DNA from: Candidatus Nomurabacteria bacterium
GTDB taxonomy: Bacteria; Patescibacteriota; Minisyncoccia; Phycocordibacterales; UBA2100
DNA: 64,000 nt
Assembly: GCA_943356775.1 (NCBI GenBank)
Contig: CALRFU010000004.1
Location: 8,546 to 72,545 of the forward strand
Direction of reading: 5' to 3'
Below, piece after piece: positions 8,675 to 16,843 of this stretch (position 1 is its first letter; each line of letters begins with the position of its first letter). The notes under the pieces are model-generated. The model worked only from the letters and a program-made list of their open reading frames with translations. It was not told the DNA's origin and made no database searches. The translations under genes were made by a program, and so were the position numbers.

Positions 8675-9520
8675 CTAAGAATCAAGCTCCAATAAGACCG
8701 GACAGTGATCGGAGCCACGTGCTTCTGGATAGATTTTGGCAGCCAGTACCTTTGAGGCAAGCGCCTTGCTGACAAAAAAATAGTCTATCCTCCAGCCTAC
8801 GTTTCGCGCGCGCGCGTTCCCAAAATTGCTCCACCATGTGTAATGTCCGTTACCTTTTGTAAAAAGCCGGAAGGTATCGACAAATCCCGCCTCGATGATT
8901 GCGTCGATGCCCGCCCTCTCTTCCTTTGTGAACCCATGATCACCCTCGTTCTCCTTTGGCTTTGCCAAATCATCTGATGTATGTGCCACATTTAGGTCAC
9001 CACAGAAAATAACAGGCTTTCCTTGTGGTGAGCCTGCTTGCGGTGAGCTTGTCGAACTTGTCGAACCATTCTTCTCCAGTTGTTTGCAAAACTCTAGAAA
9101 AGCGGGATCCCAATGCTTGTGGCGCAGGTTGAGCCGACTCAAATCCGGTTTTGCATTCGGCGTATACACGTTCACAACAAAAAAGTCTTCGAATTCTGCG
9201 GTGACAACCCGACCTTCTTCGTTGGGGTCTCCGTAGCCATCTTTAAGTTTATATTTCTCAAGAATATTCTCAGGAAATCCAAAAATAAGGCTCAAAGGCT
9301 TGATTTTGGAGAATATAGCCGTACCGGCGTAGCCCTTGCGACCCTTTGAGGAATTCCAATATTCCTCGTATTCAGGCAAGTCTACTTCCGATTGATGCTC
9401 CTCTGCCTTTGTCTCTTGGAGGCATACAATATCTGGTTTCACCTTCTCAAGAAACGGCACAAGAGCATCCTTCCTATGAACACTCCGGATCCCGTTTACA
9501 TTCCACGAGATGAGTTTCAT
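8675..9520 (-). CDS. xth: Exodeoxyribonuclease III with ~16-aa repeat-derived insertion
   Basis: MKLISWNVNGIR, LQETK, GDLNVAH, GWRIDY, GSDHCP. Confidence 0.97.
   Translation of the reverse strand: MKLISWNVNGIRSVHRKDALVPFLEKVKPDIVCLQETKAEEHQSEVDLPEYEEYWNSSKGRKGYAGTAIFSKIKPLSLIFGFPENILEKYKLKDGYGDPNEEGRVVTAEFEDFFVVNVYTPNAKPDLSRLNLRHKHWDPAFLEFCKQLEKNGSTSSTSSPQAGSPQGKPVIFCGDLNVAHTSDDLAKPKENEGDHGFTKEERAGIDAIIEAGFVDTFRLFTKGNGHYTWWSNFGNARARNVGWRIDYFFVSKALASKVLAAKIYPEARGSDHCPVLLELDS
9022..9067 (-). repeat. Nested in-frame TTCGACAAGCTCA-type repeat in xth
   Basis: GGTTCGAC[AAGTTCGACAAGCTCACCGCAAGC]AGGCTCACCACAAG, encodes GSTSSTSSPQAGSPQ. Confidence 0.8.
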
Positions 9521-9563
9521 ACCAAGACGATACCACAACGTTTCATAAGCAAGGACCGCCGCA

Positions 9564-10478
9564 TTACTTCCTACGTTTCCCATGAAATGCTTGATGCACT
9601 TCGCGCAGATGTTTGTCGGTGACGTGTGTGTAGACCTGCGTTGTCGCGATATTCGCATGGCCGAGGAGCGCTTGGACGCTGCGCAAATCGGCGCCGTTCT
9701 CTAAGAGGTCTGTGGCGAAGCTGTGGCGGATGACGTGCGGTGTCACTTTGCGCGTAATGCCTGCCTTGACTGCATACTGTTTCACCATGCGCTCGATGGA
9801 GCGGGGAGTGATGCGCGGTAAATCTTTTCCTTTGCTCGTACCACCTTTGCCGTAGCTTACAAAAAGCGCTTCACTCATGTCACCGCGTTTTTTTATATAC
9901 GCCGCGACTGCTTTCTTCGCAGATTCCGAAAGAAATACGACGCGCACCTTTTCTCCTTTGCCGCGTACCGAGAATTCATCACGCGTGAGGTCCAAATCCT
10001 GATTGAGTCCGGTTAATTCCGAGACGCGGAGGCCGGTGGAGAATAAAAGTTCGAGAATTGCGCGGTCGCGAAGTGCTGCAAGCTCGTCTCCCTGAGGTGC
10101 GCGCATGATTCGATTCAATTCATCTGCCGTAATGAGATCGAGATCGCGACCTCCGACCTTGGCAAGCTCGATGCGCTCGGGATTGAGCGATTCGACATCG
10201 CGTTTGCGGAGGAATTTGAGGAACGCCCGCAGCGCGATGAGGTGATAATTCTGCGTATTCTTCTTCATCGTGCCCGAGACACCACCCGAGCGGTTCAGGT
10301 TGATACGAAATTCACGCACCATTTGCTCAGTAATTTGAGAAGGGGACTTTACCTTCGCATAATCCAAAAAACGCCGGAGATAGCGGTCATAATTTTCGAC
10401 CGTTTTCACGCTCCGCCCTTTTTCTATCTCAATGTATTCAAGAAATTGTGTCTTGAGCTCTTTGAGGTCAGCAGCCAT
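9564..10478 (-). CDS. xerC: XerC/XerD-family tyrosine recombinase
   Basis: TGLRVSEL, GKGEKVR, TPHVIRHSFAT, LGHANIATTQVY. Confidence 0.92.
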   Translation of the reverse strand: MAADLKELKTQFLEYIEIEKGRSVKTVENYDRYLRRFLDYAKVKSPSQITEQMVREFRINLNRSGGVSGTMKKNTQNYHLIALRAFLKFLRKRDVESLNPERIELAKVGGRDLDLITADELNRIMRAPQGDELAALRDRAILELLFSTGLRVSELTGLNQDLDLTRDEFSVRGKGEKVRVVFLSESAKKAVAAYIKKRGDMSEALFVSYGKGGTSKGKDLPRITPRSIERMVKQYAVKAGITRKVTPHVIRHSFATDLLENGADLRSVQALLGHANIATTQVYTHVTDKHLREVHQAFHGKRRK

Positions 10479-10536
10479 ACGTCGCACAATATCATATCGT
10501 TATCGGAGATGGTTTCGCGCTGTCCTCGAATTCTCT

Positions 10537-11697
10537 TTACTTCAAATACTTTTTCTTTTGCAATTTTTTGGGAAGATACGACTCCTTATCATACATGTCG
10601 TAGCCTTTTCCGTATTTCAATTCTTTCATGAGTTTCGTCGGTGCATTGCGCACCCTGAGGGGAATGGGAAGGTTTCCAAACTGTTTCACGTCGTCGAGCG
10701 CTTCGAATATCGCATCGTACGACCGGCGATCTTTTTTGCATTGCGCGAGGTAGGCGACCCCGTGCGCGAGATTAATGATCGCTTCGGGATATCCGATTTT
10801 GTGCACCGCCTCAAAAACGGCATTGGCGACGACGAGCGCGGTCGGCTGTGCGAGACCGATATCTTCACTCGCAAATATCACCATGCGCCGCGCGATGAAT
10901 TTGGGGTCTTCGCCCGCGTCCACCATGCGCGCGAGGTAGTAGAGGGCGGCATCCGGCTGCGATGCCCGCATACTTTTTATCAACGCAGAGATGGTGTTGT
11001 AATGCTCTTCGCCTTTTTTATCGTAGCGAATATGTTTCGACTGAACGGCCTCTTTCAACGTATCGAGAGTGATCGTCCCGTAAAGCGCCTGTGCCGTTTC
11101 GAGGGTAGTAATCGCTTGGCGCGCATCGCCATCCGTCATTTGCACGAGCCAATCCCGTGCGTCATTGGGAATTTTTAATTTCGTACGTTTCAATATCTGC
11201 TCCATCTCTTTCTCATTGTGTCCATTGAGTACGAAGACGCGTGCACGCGAGAGGAGGGGAGAGATGATTTCAAAAGAAGGATTCTCTGTAGTCGCGCCGA
11301 TGAGCGTGATGTCACCGCGCTCGACGAAAGGCAAAAGAAAATCCTGCTGTGCTTTGTTGAATCGGTGAATCTCATCGATGAAAAGTACTTTCGGTTTGCC
11401 GCCAAGCTTCAGCTGCCTGCCCTGCCCTGAGCTTGTCGAATGGGTTCCCACGACCTTTTTTATATCCTCTTTGCCGGAATCCACCGCCGAGAGTTCGTGA
11501 AACTCCGCGCCGACCGCTTTTGCATATATGCGCGCGAGTGTCGTTTTGCCTGAGCCGGGCGGGCCCCACAAGATGAATGAAAAGAGTTCTTTTTTCTCTA
11601 TGGCGACGCGCAGCGGCTTCCCCTTGCCGGTTAAATGCTCCTGCCCCACGAATTCATCGAGTATTTTAGGTCGTATCCGCGAGGCTAGTGGCTCCAT
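10537..11697 (-). CDS. rarA: Replication-associated recombination protein A (RarA/MgsA)
   Basis: PLASRIRP, GPPGSGKTT, DEIHRFNKAQQD, ASEDIGLA. Confidence 0.96.
   Translation of the reverse strand: MEPLASRIRPKILDEFVGQEHLTGKGKPLRVAIEKKELFSFILWGPPGSGKTTLARIYAKAVGAEFHELSAVDSGKEDIKKVVGTHSTSSGQGRQLKLGGKPKVLFIDEIHRFNKAQQDFLLPFVERGDITLIGATTENPSFEIISPLLSRARVFVLNGHNEKEMEQILKRTKLKIPNDARDWLVQMTDGDARQAITTLETAQALYGTITLDTLKEAVQSKHIRYDKKGEEHYNTISALIKSMRASQPDAALYYLARMVDAGEDPKFIARRMVIFASEDIGLAQPTALVVANAVFEAVHKIGYPEAIINLAHGVAYLAQCKKDRRSYDAIFEALDDVKQFGNLPIPLRVRNAPTKLMKELKYGKGYDMYDKESYLPKKLQKKKYLK
11421..11444 (-). repeat. In-frame TTCGACAAGCTCA-type repeat in rarA
   Basis: CCCATTCGACAAGCTCAGGGCAGG; shares TTCGACAAGCTCA exactly with xth copy; encodes HSTSSGQ. 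Confidence 0.8.
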
Positions 11698-11733
11698 AAT
11701 CGTCAGTATACGCTTCAGCTATCCCGTGCACAC

Positions 11734-11779
11734 CTTGCCCCCACACCAACATTCATAACATGTTGGTGTGGGGGCTTGC
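11734..11779. repeat. Palindromic mini-element with 16-bp arms flanked by CTTGC direct repeats
   Basis: GCCCCCACACCAACAT-N7-ATGTTGGTGTGGGGGC; CTTGC at 11734 and 11775. Confidence 0.8.
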
Positions 11780-11809
11780 GTGATTTGGTTGAATTGTTAT
11801 TCTATACGC

Positions 11810-12322
11810 ATGAATACAAAAGCAATCGGTATAGGAGTCGTTGTCATTGTCGTGCTCGCAGTCGGCGGTTATTTCATATACAAGAAGTCTGCAGGCTCTT
11901 CAGCAGCACCTACAACTATGCAAAATGCCGCCGCCGCCGCCACTGACCAAGCGAACCAGGTGCAAGGCCAGGACGTGAAAGTGGGTACCGGCCTCGAAGC
12001 AAAGCCCGGCGACACTGTTTCTATCCTTTATATAGGCAAATTCACCGATGGAACCGTGTTTGATAGCTCCGCAGCCCACGACAATCAGCCGCTTACCTTC
12101 GTGCTCGGTTCAAATGGCCTCATCCCAGGCTTCCAGATAGGCGTAAATGGTATGAAAGAAGGGGGCGACCGCCTGCTCGCCATTCCGCCGAGCCTTGCCT
12201 ACGGCGGAGAGGATGTGAAGGACGGGAGCGGTAAGGTCATCATTCCAGCCAATTCAACCCTTATTTTCTCAGTACAATTGGTCAAAGTCGTCGCGACAAC
12301 TTCCGTTCCCAAGACTCAATAG
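11810..12322 (+). CDS. FKBP-type peptidyl-prolyl isomerase, membrane anchored
   Basis: YIGKFTDGTVFDSS, LIPGF, GMKEGG.R, IPPSLAYG, IPANSTLIF. Confidence 0.94.
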   Translation: MNTKAIGIGVVVIVVLAVGGYFIYKKSAGSSAAPTTMQNAAAAATDQANQVQGQDVKVGTGLEAKPGDTVSILYIGKFTDGTVFDSSAAHDNQPLTFVLGSNGLIPGFQIGVNGMKEGGDRLLAIPPSLAYGGEDVKDGSGKVIIPANSTLIFSVQLVKVVATTSVPKTQ

Positions 12323-12402
12323 AGGCCTCAAATGGGGCCGATAGGGCTTCGTGAAGGGCTCAAACCCTTGCAAACATGATGAGAACGTGATACGGTTCTG
12401 AA

Positions 12403-12669
12403 ATGCTTACGAAGCGTAAGAAGGCGAATGAAATCGGCAAAACAAGCCGTCACGCTACCGATACGGGTTCTCCGGAGGTACAAGTGGCTGTGCTTACGCG
12501 CCGCATTGAGGAACTTTCGGTCCATTTGGATAAGAATCGCAAGGATACACACAGCCGCCGCGGACTTTTGGGTCTCGTCGCTGACCGCCGCAAGCATTTG
12601 AAGTACCTGGAGGTCAATAATAAGCGTGCGTACGGTACTTTGGTGAAGAAACTCGGTTTGAAGAAGTAA
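12403..12669 (+). CDS. rpsO: 30S ribosomal protein S15
   Basis: DTGSPEVQVA, KDTHSRRGLL. Confidence 0.98.
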   Translation: MLTKRKKANEIGKTSRHATDTGSPEVQVAVLTRRIEELSVHLDKNRKDTHSRRGLLGLVADRRKHLKYLEVNNKRAYGTLVKKLGLKK

Positions 12670-12790
12670 TCTCGGCCTTTTGGCCTTCATCTTCTCTACT
12701 TCGTTCGTAAGCTATAATCCCTGTAGTGGGATTGAAATTTTTAATACGTTTCACTAGTGGCTACACCCTAGTGGCTAACAACTATTTACT

Positions 12791-13474
12791 ATGGCCATAG
12801 TCAAACATTCTGAACAACGCGTCGGTGTATTCATCGATACGCAAAATTTGTATCATAGTGCGAAAAACATTTACCACGCGCGCGTAAATTTCGGCAACGT
12901 CCTCAAGGACGCAGTCGCCGGACGCCACCTCATCCGTGCGCGCGCCTACATGGTAACGACAGAAAGCGGTGAGGAGACCGCATTTCTCGAAGCGCTTACC
13001 AAAGTCGGTATCGAACCGAAGACCAAGGAGCTTCAGATATTCTACGGCGGTGCGAAGAAGGCAGACTGGGACGTCGGTATGGCCGTCGATGCCATCACGG
13101 CATCGCCTAAGCTCGACGCGGTCATCCTCATTACAGGAGACGGCGACTTCATACCGCTCGTCGAATACTTAAAGATGCACGCCGGCTGCCAGGTCGAGGT
13201 CGTCTCGTTCGGCCGCTCCACATCGGGCAAGCTCCGCGAGGCAACCGATCACTTCCTCGACCTCGACGAGGACCCGAAACGCTATCTTTTGAATTATCGT
13301 TCGACCGCTTCGACAAACCCCGGTCGGCCGAGCTTGCGCCGGGCCGCTCCCGGTCGCGGCACAAATTCCCGGCAAACAGGGAGGGACATTCAAGTTTCGG
13401 CACCGAATGATTCAATAGCGCCGAACGATACCGAGGAAGCATCCGATACCGGACGAATCACGGGAGTGGAGTAA
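12791..13474 (+). CDS. NYN/LabA (DUF88) domain protein
   Basis: FIDTQN, KADWDV.MAVD, TGDGDF, S.KL...D.F. Confidence 0.92.
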   Translation: MAIVKHSEQRVGVFIDTQNLYHSAKNIYHARVNFGNVLKDAVAGRHLIRARAYMVTTESGEETAFLEALTKVGIEPKTKELQIFYGGAKKADWDVGMAVDAITASPKLDAVILITGDGDFIPLVEYLKMHAGCQVEVVSFGRSTSGKLREATDHFLDLDEDPKRYLLNYRSTASTNPGRPSLRRAAPGRGTNSRQTGRDIQVSAPNDSIAPNDTEEASDTGRITGVE

Positions 13475-13475
13475 C

Positions 13476-13507
13476 CGAAAAGCGCCGCGTACTGCGGCGC
13501 TTTTTCG
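13476..13507. terminator. Bidirectional terminator between convergent genes
   Basis: AAAAGCGCCGC-GTACT-GCGGCGCTTTTT. Confidence 0.85.
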
Positions 13508-14497
13508 CTATAGAGCGGCCTTCTGAAGTTCGCGGCGAGACGACCAGTACGCAAGTCCGACGAATACCAGCCCCACAAGACCGGTAAGCGGCTCCGGTAC
13601 GTGCACGAAAATTCCGAAAATCATTGCGAGCGCGAGACCGAATATTGCCCAGTGTGCACCGTGTTCAAGGTATCGCAGTGTATCGAGAGTCTTCGCACGC
13701 ACGAGCGCAACCGTAAAGGTACGCACAAAAAGCGCCCCGATACCGAGACCCGTTATGATGATTGGCAGGGCAGATGTAATAGCGAATGCTCCGATGACTC
13801 CGTCGAGTGAAAAAGCGGAATCGAGGACGTTGAGATATACGAAGAGTGCGGCACCACCCACAGCGGCGCCTGCCCCTGTTTCTATTTCGAACGATTGCGC
13901 TATTCCCTCGATTGCAATGAAGAGAATTACGCCGACAAGTCCCGCAATGAGCAGCGTCGCCGCTTGCGCGGGCACGAAGAAGGCACAGACAAGAAGAACC
14001 GAGAGTACGAGCGCTATCTCTATGGCCTCAATCCCACCCCAACGCGAGAGGTGCCGCTCGATGACTCCAATCCAATGCACGGTCTTTCGGTGATTGAAAA
14101 AGTACTTGAGCGATACGAGAAGGAGAAAGGCGCTGCCGAATGCAGAGATCGCGACCCGCGCATCTGCAAGCCGCTCCCCATACGCAGCAGGGTCATAGAA
14201 AGCGAGCATGGTCACTGCGTACGGTGAGAGCCAGGCAGCGGCCGCAACGATAAAGATGGGGAAGACGAAACGCGTACCGAATACGGCAATCAATATACCC
14301 CATGTAAGGAAGCGATTCTGCCACTCAGGTGTCATTCGCTGCAGTACCCGCGCATTTACAACCGCATTGTCGAAAGAGAGAGTGGTTTCGAGTATAGCGA
14401 GAAGTACTGCGAGAAAAAGTGCTGAAAACCCGCCCCAGATAAACACACCTATAAAGGCGACTAGCGACACTGCCGTGGGAAAGAAAAATGCGCGCAT
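13508..14497 (-). CDS. DUF475 / TerC-like membrane protein
   Basis: LSFDNAVVNA, FSLDGVIGAFA, YLEHGAHWAI. Confidence 0.9.
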   Translation of the reverse strand: MRAFFFPTAVSLVAFIGVFIWGGFSALFLAVLLAILETTLSFDNAVVNARVLQRMTPEWQNRFLTWGILIAVFGTRFVFPIFIVAAAAWLSPYAVTMLAFYDPAAYGERLADARVAISAFGSAFLLLVSLKYFFNHRKTVHWIGVIERHLSRWGGIEAIEIALVLSVLLVCAFFVPAQAATLLIAGLVGVILFIAIEGIAQSFEIETGAGAAVGGAALFVYLNVLDSAFSLDGVIGAFAITSALPIIITGLGIGALFVRTFTVALVRAKTLDTLRYLEHGAHWAIFGLALAMIFGIFVHVPEPLTGLVGLVFVGLAYWSSRRELQKAAL

Positions 14498-14635
14498 AGG
14501 GATGCCGCTATCCTACCACATTGTTATTAATAAAGATTCATACTATAGTCAGAGTATTAGCAGATAGTAGTGACGTGCGGATAGGCATTGCGAGTGAGTG
14601 ACTCGCGCTGAAATCCGAGCGTCACCCAAAGCACA

Positions 14636-16843
14636 ATGGAAAAGAAAGTATATTCTCTCGATATCGGGGGGAAGACGATGACAGCAGAGTTTAACGATTG
14701 GGCAGACCAGGCGAATGGTTCGGTACTCGTGCGCTACGGCAACAGCACCGTCTTGGCGACTGCCGTTATGGGCAAGGAGTCAGACAAAGATTATTTCCCG
14801 CTCTCCGTTGAATACGAGGAGAAGTTTTATGCTGCGGGAGCGATACTCGGCTCACGATTTATGCGTCGCGAAGGTCGCCCCTCAGATGAAGCCATCCTCT
14901 CGGGCCGCATCGTCGACCGCACCATCCGTCCGCTCTTCCCCAAAGGAATGAAACGCGAGGTGCAGGTCATCATTTCCGTCCTCTCTATAGAGGAGTACGA
15001 CACCGACATCTTGGCGGTCAATGCGGCATCGCTCGCACTCGCAACATCCGATATCCCGTTCAACGGGCCTGTCTCTTCGCTGCGTGTCGGTCTTGAAGAG
15101 TCCGTCGACTCCGCTCAGAATAAAGGAAATCCTGTATTTATCGTGAATCCTACATACAAACAGCGTGACGAAGAGTTCGAACCGAAGGCCCTCTTGGACC
15201 TCACGGTCTGCGGAAAAGACGGCCTCATCAACATGATAGAAGTCGGTGCACGCGAAGTAGATGAATCGATCCTTGAAAAATCTCTCGCGCTCGCAAGTGA
15301 AGAAATCGAGAAAATTCAAGCATGGCAGAAATCCATCATCGCCGAACGAGGCAAAACGAAATGGGAATTCAAGGCACTGGAGACAACGCCTGAGCTCGTC
15401 GCGGCGTTTGCGGAGTTCGTCGAGCCAAAATTACAGGCGTCCGGAGGCAAACTCCCGAAGCAGGAGCTTGGTCCAATGAAATCCGAATGGATGAAGGCGG
15501 CTACAGAGAAACTTCCCGAGATGCCGAAAGGTCAACTCGATGCGTACTACGAAGAGCGTCTCGACGCATTCGTGCACGACCTTGCCATCAACGAAGACAA
15601 ACGCGTCGACGGCCGAACACTCGACCAAATCCGTCCGCTCTTCGCACAGGCAGGTGGTGTTTCTCCCGTTATTCACGGCACCGGTATTTTCTACCGCGGC
15701 GAGACACACGTACTTGCAGCGCTCACGCTCGGCGGCCCCGGCGACGCACAGCTTCTCGATACGATTGAAAATCGGGACACGAAGAAGACGTTCATGCTCC
15801 ACTACAATTTCCCGCCCTTCTCGGTGGGAGAGACAGGTCGCGTCGGAGGATTCAACCGTCGTATGACAGGACACGGCGCGCTCGCCGAGAAAGCATTGCG
15901 CGTCATGATGCCTTCGAAAGAAATCTTCCCCTACACCGTACGCATCGTTTCTGAATGTCTCGCTTCCAACGGCTCGACATCAATGGCTACTGTCTGCGCG
16001 GGCACTATCGCACTCATGGATGCGGGCGTCCCTATCACACGTCCGGTCGCCGGCATCGCGATGGGAATGATGAGTGATGCAAAGAAGGGAGCGTACAAAG
16101 TTCTCACCGACATCCAAGGTCCTGAAGACCACCACGGAGATATGGACTTCAAGGTTGCCGGTACGTCAGAGGGAGTAACCGCTGTCCAGATGGACGTGAA
16201 GGTGGAAGGAGTCCCGCTCAAGGTGCTCGCCGAAGCTTTTGCTCAGGCCAAGAAAGCGCGTTTGCAGATTCTCGACGTCATCACGAAAGAAATCGCAGCT
16301 CCGCGCGCAGACATCAGCGAACGCGCTCCGAAGATTCTCACCATTGTCGTCAAAAAGGATCAGATAGGACTCGTCATCGGTCCGGGCGGCAAGATGATAA
16401 ACGGTATTCGTGAGCGCACCCTCGTTGACGACATCACCATCGAAGAAGACGGCACGATATTCATCACCGGCAAGACCGGCGCGGCAGAAGCGGCACTCAA
16501 GGAGATTGCCGACCTCACACGCGAATACATGGTGGGTGACAGATTCGAGGGACCTGTTGTGCGGCTCATGGACTTCGGCGCGTTCATAAAAATCAGCCCT
16601 ACTCAAGACGGCCTCGTGCACGTCTCTGAAGTTGCACCTTTCCGCATCGGGAAGATTTCCGACGCAGTACAGATTGGAGAGATTGTTCCGGTCGTATTGA
16701 AAGAAATTGACGAGAAAGGACGCTATAATCTCTCTATCAAAGCAGCTGATCCGGAGTGGGCCGCACGCAAGGGGCTCACACCTGACACAAGCGGCGGAGA
16801 TAACCATGGCGGACGAAGCGAAAGACCAAGACGCAATTTCTAA
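14636..16843 (+). CDS. pnp: Polyribonucleotide nucleotidyltransferase
   Basis: RREGRPS, HYNFPPFSVGE, SNGSTSM, GDMDFKVAGT, KH and S1 domains. Confidence 0.98.
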   Translation: MEKKVYSLDIGGKTMTAEFNDWADQANGSVLVRYGNSTVLATAVMGKESDKDYFPLSVEYEEKFYAAGAILGSRFMRREGRPSDEAILSGRIVDRTIRPLFPKGMKREVQVIISVLSIEEYDTDILAVNAASLALATSDIPFNGPVSSLRVGLEESVDSAQNKGNPVFIVNPTYKQRDEEFEPKALLDLTVCGKDGLINMIEVGAREVDESILEKSLALASEEIEKIQAWQKSIIAERGKTKWEFKALETTPELVAAFAEFVEPKLQASGGKLPKQELGPMKSEWMKAATEKLPEMPKGQLDAYYEERLDAFVHDLAINEDKRVDGRTLDQIRPLFAQAGGVSPVIHGTGIFYRGETHVLAALTLGGPGDAQLLDTIENRDTKKTFMLHYNFPPFSVGETGRVGGFNRRMTGHGALAEKALRVMMPSKEIFPYTVRIVSECLASNGSTSMATVCAGTIALMDAGVPITRPVAGIAMGMMSDAKKGAYKVLTDIQGPEDHHGDMDFKVAGTSEGVTAVQMDVKVEGVPLKVLAEAFAQAKKARLQILDVITKEIAAPRADISERAPKILTIVVKKDQIGLVIGPGGKMINGIRERTLVDDITIEEDGTIFITGKTGAAEAALKEIADLTREYMVGDRFEGPVVRLMDFGAFIKISPTQDGLVHVSEVAPFRIGKISDAVQIGEIVPVVLKEIDEKGRYNLSIKAADPEWAARKGLTPDTSGGDNHGGRSERPRRNF
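15101..15124 (+). repeat. Degenerate in-frame TCGAC-TCC-GCTCA repeat in pnp
   Basis: TCCGTCGACTCCGCTCAGAATAAA = SVDSAQNK in the RVG...F.VNPT loop. Confidence 0.55.

Noticed and set aside
9564-10478. Prophage or island integrase
   Set aside because: XerC/D-like size and motifs, among housekeeping genes, no att repeats or phage genes seen.
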